From: Ignavibacteria bacterium
GTDB taxonomy: Bacteria; Elusimicrobiota; Endomicrobiia; PHAN01
Assembly: GCA_041694835.1 (NCBI GenBank)
Contig: JBGFRZ010000053.1
Span: 1 to 52,653 of the forward strand
Length of the DNA stretch: 52,653 nucleotides
Reading direction: 5' to 3'
Shown: positions 18,965-25,100 of the stretch, in pieces
How the letters are laid out: every line of letters begins with the position of its first letter
Numbering within the stretch: position 1 is the first letter of the stretch
The notes under the pieces: model-generated
Databases searched by the model: none
Seen by the model: only the letters and a program-made list of their open reading frames with translations
What the model was told of the DNA's origin: nothing
Position numbers and translations under genes: made by a program

Positions 18965-21900
18965 ATGGAGATACCTAAAGCATACGACCCGCAGTCAGCA
19001 GAAGAGCCGATATATCAATTTTGGCTAAAAAAAAATTTATTTAAGTCAGTTCCAACTCAAACAAAAAAATCTTTCACCATTGTAATTCCTCCCCCGAATG
19101 TTACGGGCTCTCTTCATATGGGTCACGCCCTAAATAACACTCTTCAGGATGCGGTGATAAGATATAAAAAACTCTGCGGTTTTAACACTTGTTGGGTGCC
19201 AGGCACCGACCACGGCGGCATCGCAACGCAGAATGTCGTCGAGAAAATACTTCTTTCTGAAGGAAAAAACAAAAATGAACTGGGTCGCGAAAAATTTCTT
19301 GAAAAAATGTGGGAGTGGAAAAACGAATCCGGCGAGCAGATATTAAATCAGTTAAAAAAACTCGGATGCGCTCTTGACTGGGATAGAACAAGATTTACGC
19401 TCGACGCTCTTTGCTCCCGCGCCGTCAACGAGGCGTTTGTCAGATTATATCAAAAAGGACTCATATACAGAGGCAGGCGACTTGTGAACTGGTGCCCGCG
19501 TTGTATGACGGCTCTTTCGGACATAGAAGTTGAACACGAGGAAGAAATCGGCAAGTTGTGGCACATTAAGTATCCACTCAAAAACCAGAGAACAGAGGAC
19601 AGGGGACAGGGGACAGAGAAGAGAGAAGAGAGAAGAGAGAAATATACGGGAAGCGGGAAGAGTAAAGAGTTTAAAGCCGTTCACCCTTTCCGCTTTACGC
19701 TTTCCGCTTTACGGCATTTTATTCTCTCACCTCTCGCCAGTCGCCAGCCACGAGCCACGAGTCACGAGCCACGAGCCACCAGCCACCAGCCACCATCCAC
19801 TGATTTTGTTGTTGTGGCGACGACACGCCCCGAAACAATGCTGGGAGACACCGCCGTTGCAGTCCATCCTGATGACGAAAGATATAAACACCTCATCGGT
19901 GAAAAAATTATTTTGCCGTTAGTTGAGCGCGAAATCCCGATTATCGCCGACAATGCGGTTGACATTACTTTTGGCACAGGCGCCGTCAAGGTTACTCCCG
20001 CCCACGACCCGTCTGATTTTGAGATAGGTATGAGGCATAATTTGGAAAAAATCGTGGTGATTGATTACGACGGAAAAATGCTCAACGCGGGGAAATACAC
20101 ATCTCAGGACAGATACCATGCAAGAAAAGAGATATTAAAAAATTTACAAGAGGCGGGGCTTCTGCTTGAAACCGTCGAACATCCACATTCCGTCGGAGTT
20201 TGTTATAGATGTTCTACGACGATAGAGCCGCTCATTTCCGAGCAGTGGTTTCTCGATGTTAAAGAGATGTCAGGTGCCGCGGTCCTGGCATCAAAAAACA
20301 GAAAAATAAAATTTTACCCCGCATCATGGGAAAAACCTTATTTGCTTTGGCTGGAAAACTTGAAGGACTGGTGCATTTCTCGTCAGATTTGGTGGGGACA
20401 CCGCATCCCCGTTTGGTATTGCGCCAAACAAGAGAACAGAGGTCAGAGGTCAGAGGTTGGTCACCAGTTGTCAGTTGACAGTTGCCAGTCACCAATCACC
20501 AGCCACCAGCCACTTGAGACGTGTCCGCCAATAGTTTCCGCCGAAAAGCCCGAAAAATGTCCTCACTGCGGTGGAACTGATTTGAAACAGGACGAAGATG
20601 TGTTGGACACCTGGTTTTCGTCGGCATTGTGGCCGTTTTCGGTCTTCGCATGGCCGGAAAATCAGAGGACAGAGGACAGAGGACAGGGGACAGAGAACAG
20701 GGGACAGAGGACAGAGGTCAGAGGAGAGAGGACAGAGAACAGAGGACAGAGAAGAGAGAAGAGAGAAGAGAGAAGAGAGAAATATACGGGAAGCGGGAAG
20801 AGTAAAGAGTTTAAAGCCGTTCACCCTTTCCGCTTTCCGCTTTCCGCTTTACGGCATTTTATTCTCTCAACTCTGGTCTCTGACTTATCTTACTACTATC
20901 CCACATCTGTTCTTGTTACGGGGCACGAGATACTTTATTTGTGGGTTGCAAGAATGGTTCAGTTTGGAATTGAATTTATGGGGGAAGTTCCGTTCCGCGA
21001 GGTCTACATACACGGAATAGTCCGTGATAAATTCGGAAAAAAAATGTCAAAATCGCTCGGCAATGTCGTCGACCCGCTTGACATAATGAAAAAATACGGC
21101 ACGGATGCTTTAAGATTTGCGATGATTTCCTCCGCCTCCGCCGGTCGTGACATTCAGATTTCTGAGGATTCGTTCGTCGGAGCCAGAAATTTCGCCAACA
21201 AACTCTACAACGCCGCAAGGTTTGTTTTGCTCAATCTTCAAAGTGTCGATTTGGAAAATATCGACATAGAGGGAGAAAAACCCGACAAAACTGACAGATG
21301 GCTCATTTACGAACTCAGCATTTTGCTTACAGAGATAAAAACTAACTATGAAAATTACGAACTTGATAAATCTTCTCGGGCGATATACGACTTCACATGG
21401 TCTAAATACTGCGACTGGTACATAGAATTTTCGAAGGAGCGTCTTTACGGAGATGACCTATCCGCAAAGAAAACCGCCAGCAAAGTACTTGTTAATGTGC
21501 TAATCGCCCTTCTCAAGGTCTTACATCCAATAATGCCGTTTATCACTGAGACGCTCTGGCAGAGTTTAAGAGAGTCGTTGAAGGGGGTAGCGATTGAAGA
21601 AAGCATAATGCTCTCAAGTTTTCCGCAAAAGACACTCCCTTCTTCGTGGCGTCAGGATTCCGAAAATGTGAACACATTAATCGATTTAATTTCGAAAATA
21701 CGCTCCGTAAGAGAGGAAATGAGAGTGCCCTCTTCGGTCGTTGTAAATCTTGTTCTCAAAACCGACAAAAAAACATTGTTCGAACGGATAGAAAAAGATA
21801 GCCACTATATAAGGAAACTCGCGAGAGTTGGGGATATCACCGCCTTAAAAGTCAACCCGACGGAATGCGCCTACGGAGTAGTTTCGGGAATAGAGTTTTT

Positions 21901-22120
21901 CATACCCCTTAAGGGTCTGGTAGACATTAAAAAAGAAAAACAACGGCTTGAGCAGGAGTTGGAAGGGTTGAAAAAATTTCGTTCGACCATTCAGGTGAAA
22001 TTAAAAAACGAAAACTTTGTCAAAAAGGCTCCGCCAGCGGAAGTGGAAAACACAAAAAACAAACTCTCTGACACCGAATCGAAAATGGAAAAAATCGCCG
22101 AAAATCTCAAATATCTTTAG
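18965..22120 (+). CDS. valS: Valine--tRNA ligase with three in-frame repeat-derived insertions
   Basis: PPPNVTGSLHMGHA, VATTRPETMLGD, DWCISRQIWWGHRIP, DTWFSS, KMSKS, C-terminal coiled coil; 1051 aa vs the usual ~880 aa. Confidence 0.96.
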   Translation: MEIPKAYDPQSAEEPIYQFWLKKNLFKSVPTQTKKSFTIVIPPPNVTGSLHMGHALNNTLQDAVIRYKKLCGFNTCWVPGTDHGGIATQNVVEKILLSEGKNKNELGREKFLEKMWEWKNESGEQILNQLKKLGCALDWDRTRFTLDALCSRAVNEAFVRLYQKGLIYRGRRLVNWCPRCMTALSDIEVEHEEEIGKLWHIKYPLKNQRTEDRGQGTEKREERREKYTGSGKSKEFKAVHPFRFTLSALRHFILSPLASRQPRATSHEPRATSHQPPSTDFVVVATTRPETMLGDTAVAVHPDDERYKHLIGEKIILPLVEREIPIIADNAVDITFGTGAVKVTPAHDPSDFEIGMRHNLEKIVVIDYDGKMLNAGKYTSQDRYHARKEILKNLQEAGLLLETVEHPHSVGVCYRCSTTIEPLISEQWFLDVKEMSGAAVLASKNRKIKFYPASWEKPYLLWLENLKDWCISRQIWWGHRIPVWYCAKQENRGQRSEVGHQLSVDSCQSPITSHQPLETCPPIVSAEKPEKCPHCGGTDLKQDEDVLDTWFSSALWPFSVFAWPENQRTEDRGQGTENRGQRTEVRGERTENRGQRREKREERREKYTGSGKSKEFKAVHPFRFPLSALRHFILSTLVSDLSYYYPTSVLVTGHEILYLWVARMVQFGIEFMGEVPFREVYIHGIVRDKFGKKMSKSLGNVVDPLDIMKKYGTDALRFAMISSASAGRDIQISEDSFVGARNFANKLYNAARFVLLNLQSVDLENIDIEGEKPDKTDRWLIYELSILLTEIKTNYENYELDKSSRAIYDFTWSKYCDWYIEFSKERLYGDDLSAKKTASKVLVNVLIALLKVLHPIMPFITETLWQSLRESLKGVAIEESIMLSSFPQKTLPSSWRQDSENVNTLIDLISKIRSVREEMRVPSSVVVNLVLKTDKKTLFERIEKDSHYIRKLARVGDITALKVNPTECAYGVVSGIEFFIPLKGLVDIKKEKQRLEQELEGLKKFRSTIQVKLKNENFVKKAPPAEVENTKNKLSDTESKMEKIAENLKYL
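19583..19801 (+). repeat. valS insert 1 (heptamer-repeat cassette, ~70 aa)
   Basis: CAGAGGA, GAGAGAA, CGGGAAG, CTTT(A/C)CG, CGAGCCA, CCAGCCA tandem units between YPLK and DFVVVATTRPE. Confidence 0.9.
20429..20515 (+). repeat. valS insert 2 (heptamer repeats, ~29 aa)
   Basis: CAGAGGT, CAGTTGN, CCAGCCA units between IPVWYC and CPPIVS. Confidence 0.85.
20660..20881 (+). repeat. valS insert 3 (heptamer-repeat cassette, ~72 aa)
   Basis: CAGAGGA array plus the cassette shared with insert 1, between WPE and DLSYYYPTS. Confidence 0.9.
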
Positions 22121-22128
22121 AAGGAGAA

Positions 22129-22240
22129 GTAGCGAGTAGATAGTAGATAGGAAATTGTGGTTTGAAAAAGTTTGCAGTTGCCCCATCTACTCGCTACCAT
22201 CTACCATCTACTATCTACTATTCACTATTTGCTATTCGCT
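22129..22240. repeat. Heptamer-arm hairpin repeat
   Basis: GTAGCGAGTAGAT pairs with ATCTACTCGCTAC; followed by C(C/T)ATCTA and CTATTNG tandem units. Confidence 0.8.
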
Positions 22241-22258
22241 GCTTTCATAGGAGTTTAA

Positions 22259-22975
22259 ATGAACAAAATTCGAGCAATCAAGTTTGAAATCGGCTATCTG
22301 AAAAATGTCCCCGAGTCGTGTTTAATTTCAATGGGCGACACGAAAGTCTTGTGTGTCGCTTCCGTCGAACTCAACAAAGTTCCTCCTCATTGCGAAGAGA
22401 AAAAAATCGGATGGCTTTCGGCGGAATACTCGATGCTGCCTATGGCAGGTGGCACAAGAACCGCGCGGCAACGTTCAAGTTCGGCAGGAAGGACAAAAGA
22501 AATTTCAAGAATTATAGGACGCTCTTTGAGGGCGTCTGTGGATTTGGAAAAACTCGGCAAAAACACCATATTGATTGACTGCGATGTTATACAAGCGGAC
22601 GGAGGCACAAGGACAGCGGCAATCAACGGCGGATTTGTGGCGATGATGCTTTTGATGAAACGGCTTTTGAAGGAAAAGGTTCTCGCGACAAATCCTTTGA
22701 AAAATTATGTAGCCGCTATAAGTGCGGGGATTGCCGGCGGGAAAAAAATACTGGACCTTTCTGCGAAAGTCGACAACATAGCGGATGTCGACATAAATGT
22801 AGTTATGAATGGTAAGGATAAGTTTATTGAAATTCAAGGGAGTTCAGAAGGTGAGACATTTGACAAAAAAGACCTGGACGAACTTTTAAAGATGGCATCT
22901 TCGGGAATTCGCGAGGTAATCAAAAAACAAAAAAAGATACTCGCTAAATTGAATATGGATTTACAAATACAATAG
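22259..22975 (+). CDS. rph: Ribonuclease PH
   Basis: GWLSAEYSMLP, GRTKEISRIIGRSLRA, DCDVIQADGGTRTAAING, EIQG. Confidence 0.95.
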   Translation: MNKIRAIKFEIGYLKNVPESCLISMGDTKVLCVASVELNKVPPHCEEKKIGWLSAEYSMLPMAGGTRTARQRSSSAGRTKEISRIIGRSLRASVDLEKLGKNTILIDCDVIQADGGTRTAAINGGFVAMMLLMKRLLKEKVLATNPLKNYVAAISAGIAGGKKILDLSAKVDNIADVDINVVMNGKDKFIEIQGSSEGETFDKKDLDELLKMASSGIREVIKKQKKILAKLNMDLQIQ

Positions 22976-23066
22976 CCACTGATAGACACGGAATGCACTG
23001 AAAAAAATTGTGTTAATCTGTTAAAAAAACCAATTAGACGCAGATAGACGCAGATAAAACAGGATT
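22976..23066. repeat. Partial ~9-nt-arm repeat (ACGCAGAT family)
   Basis: GACGCAGATAGACGCAGAT identical to the arm near 17600. Confidence 0.55.
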
Positions 23067-23118
23067 AAGAATTAAATATTAAGCGGTAAAAAAAACTTAA
23101 TTCTTAAAGCGAACTCAG

Positions 23119-23712
23119 ATGATAAAAGAAATAATTCTTGCCACGAAAAATCCCGACAAGACGAAAGAAATAAAAAAACTGCTCAGTATAAGAGGCATCA
23201 AACTCAAAATTTTGCCGCGCTCGTATAAAGCCCCTTGCGAAGACGGAAAAACCATCTCGCAAAATGCCCGCGTTAAAGCCTCAACCGCCGCAAAAAAATT
23301 CAATTCGTGGAGTATTGCCGACGACACCGGACTTGAAATAAATTATCTTAAAGACGCTCCCGGTGTGTTTTCGGCGAGATTTGCAGGTCAGGGGTGCAGT
23401 TATCTTGACAATGTAAAAAAAGTTTTAGGGCTTATGAAGGGTGTTTTGTGGGAAAAAAGAAAAGCCGTATTTAAAACCGCTGTTTGCCTTTGTTCGCCTT
23501 CGGGCAAGAAATACTGTTTAGAGGGGAAATGCAGCGGTTATATAACCACGAAATCGCGGGGGAATAATGGTTTTGGTTACGACCCGATATTTTACGAGCC
23601 AAAATCAGGAAAAACATTCGCTGAAATGAACATGGCAGAAAAAAACAGAGTCAGTCACCGCTCCCGGGCGTTTAGAAAAGCCGCCAAACTTATCAAAAAG
23701 TTTAAGAGTTAA
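23119..23712 (+). CDS. rdgB: Non-canonical purine NTP pyrophosphatase (RdgB/HAM1)
   Basis: ATKN..K, ADDTGL, APGVFSARFAG, GFGYDPIF, KNRVSHR; follows rph. Confidence 0.93.
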   Translation: MIKEIILATKNPDKTKEIKKLLSIRGIKLKILPRSYKAPCEDGKTISQNARVKASTAAKKFNSWSIADDTGLEINYLKDAPGVFSARFAGQGCSYLDNVKKVLGLMKGVLWEKRKAVFKTAVCLCSPSGKKYCLEGKCSGYITTKSRGNNGFGYDPIFYEPKSGKTFAEMNMAEKNRVSHRSRAFRKAAKLIKKFKS

Positions 23713-23803
23713 AGAAAGTGGCTGGTGACTGGAGGAACGAGCCACGAGCCACAAGCGAACTCCCAAACTCCACAACTCTGCAATTTCCAAACTCTTTAAC
23801 TCC
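23704..23803. repeat. Nested short-tandem-repeat hairpin overlapping the rdgB stop
   Basis: GAGTTAAAGA..TCTTTAACTC outer arm; GTGGCTGG..CGAGCCAC inner arm. Confidence 0.7.
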
Positions 23804-23808
23804 CCAAT

Positions 23809-23886
23809 TGGGGTGGCTGACGGGATTTGAACCCGCGACCTTCCGGGCCACAGCCGGACGCTCTAAACCGCTGAGCTACAACCACC
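23809..23886 (-). tRNA. tRNA-His(GUG)
   Basis: G-1, GTGGTTG/CAGCCAC acceptor, C73, encoded CCA, TCCGG-CT-GTG-GC-CCGGA anticodon arm. Confidence 0.96.
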
Positions 23887-23891
23887 GTTAA

Positions 23892-24236
23892 AACAGTAAT
23901 CGGTAATCGGTAATCAGTAAGACAGAGGACAGAGGTCAGAGACGAGTTCAGAACCGATACAGGATGCAGGAGCACAAGGGCACAAGAACACAAGTCAGGG
24001 CAGCAGAGCAGCGGTGGCTCGTGGCTCGTTCCTCCAGTCACCATCCACTATTCGCTATTTGCTATTCACTATACGCTATTCTCTCACCCCTCACCCCCCA
24101 TCTCTCATCTCTATTCCCTATTGCCTATTGCTATTTACTATTCGCCGAACATTTTGCGGGATATAATCCCGCCGCTACTCTTACGCACCGTAAGACGGTG
24201 CCCCTACCTACTACCTGCTACATACTACATACTATA
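23892..24236. repeat. Array of many different short tandem-repeat modules plus two GTAG-type REPs
   Basis: GGTAATC, CAGAGG(A/T), GCACAAG, GTGGCTC, CTATTCG, TCTCATC, CTATTGC, CTACCTA, CTACATA units in series. Confidence 0.85.
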
Positions 24237-24280
24237 TTGAACGCGTCCGACAGGAATCGAACCTGTAACCCTCTGCTTAG

Positions 24281-24706
24281 CTTACCACTCTGAATTACTT
24301 CAGCCCCCGATAGCAACATTCGGGGACAAGCCCCTGATATCGGAGTTGTGGTCTGGACTATGTCTTCACCTTTTCAGGCGCGCGGCGTATAGTCTCTGAG
24401 GACTCGCTTCCAATAACAAGATATGAATTTGCCCACTTAACCTGTTTGTTTTGATTGTTAGAAGGTTTTTCAAAGCGAATCATATGGTTAATGCTCTGAT
24501 AATGGCAGACATGGCACATGCCCTTTTGAGATAAGGTCGGCAATAACTTTTGCCAATCCTATATCCGCTTTGTGTTTTGTGTGGTGCAAATTCACCTCCT
24601 TTATTGAAAGATTGCCTGCAAATAGTCCCCGATATATCGGGGGTGTCCTTGCATACAGCCGCGTCCACTTTATGCGTTTCGTTTTCGCATAAAGGCTCCT
24701 CTGCGG
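24281..24706 (-). ncRNA. Group I intron (426 nt)
   Basis: Exon ends in U, intron ends in G; P2 CTTTATGCG/CGCATAAAG; P3 CGCGGC/GCCGCG; P4 TGCAA/TTGCA; R TCAGAGACTA and S AAGACATAGTCC (P7 GACTA/TAGTC); P8 CGCCT-GAAA-AGGTG. Confidence 0.9.
24358..24589 (-). pseudogene. Decayed intron-encoded PD-(D/E)XK homing endonuclease (I-Ssp6803I-like)
   Basis: AGGAGGTG SD, TTG start, MHHTKHKADIGLAKVIADLISKGHVPCLPLSEH*PYD, then in another frame IRFEKPSNNQNKQVKWANSY; central part missing. Confidence 0.75.
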
Positions 24707-24880
24707 AAGGCAGATGCTCTATCCGTTGAGCTACGGACGCAAAAAATCAAATTTTAATTTTTCTATACATCGTGTCTTTTTAACACGAGAATTATTTTTC
24801 TTGTAGTTTGACTAATAAAACTATTTGATTGATAGATTATATCAAAAATTTCTCCGAAAACAATAAAATAAACCAAAAAA

Positions 24881-24996
24881 ACGGGAAGCGGAAAGCGGGA
24901 AGAGTTTTAAACCCGGCAACAATGTGCGATTGCAATTGTATCGCTACAACGATAAGATTATAAGGGGTGCCTACGGGGTTAGAGGGGGCGGAGGGG
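24881..24996. repeat. Repeat cluster: CGGGAAG arm plus REP-like palindrome
   Basis: ACGGGAAGCGGAAAGCGGGAAGAGT resembles the valS cassette arm; GCGATTGCAATTGTATCGCTAC palindrome. Confidence 0.6.
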
Positions 24997-25004
24997 TAAA
25001 AACA

Positions 25005-25032
25005 AGAAGCCCCGATTTTCATCGGGGCTTCT
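25005..25032 (-). terminator. Intrinsic terminator downstream of the outer-membrane protein gene
   Basis: AGAAGCCCCGAT-tttc-ATCGGGGCTTCT, followed by TGTTTTT on the minus strand. Confidence 0.7.
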
Positions 25033-25100
25033 GTAATTGCTCTCTAAACCGATTATTCCTGTCCCCGAAAGTAATATCGGGAAACACGGATACAATTAGT

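Larger units (their letters stand above)
24242..24740 (-). tRNA. tRNA-Arg(UCU), split by a group I intron (exons 24707-24740 and 24242-24280)
   Basis: Joined exons give GCGTCCG/CGGACGC acceptor, D loop with A20, TCTGC-CT-TCT-AA-GCAGA anticodon arm, GGTTCGATTCC T arm. Confidence 0.9.

Noticed and set aside
19583-20881. valS inserts as inteins or group I/II introns
   Set aside because: No Cys/Ser start or His-Asn end, no ribozyme core, low-complexity sequence
23892-24236. CRISPR array
   Set aside because: No constant 25-40-nt repeat with unique spacers, and no cas genes in the window
24242-24740. tRNA-Gly(UCC), tRNA-Ser(GCU), or a tRNA split by an integrated element
   Set aside because: The TCC reading uses intron bases; Ser needs a long variable arm; A20 fits Arg; there is no att duplication and the insert has a group I core
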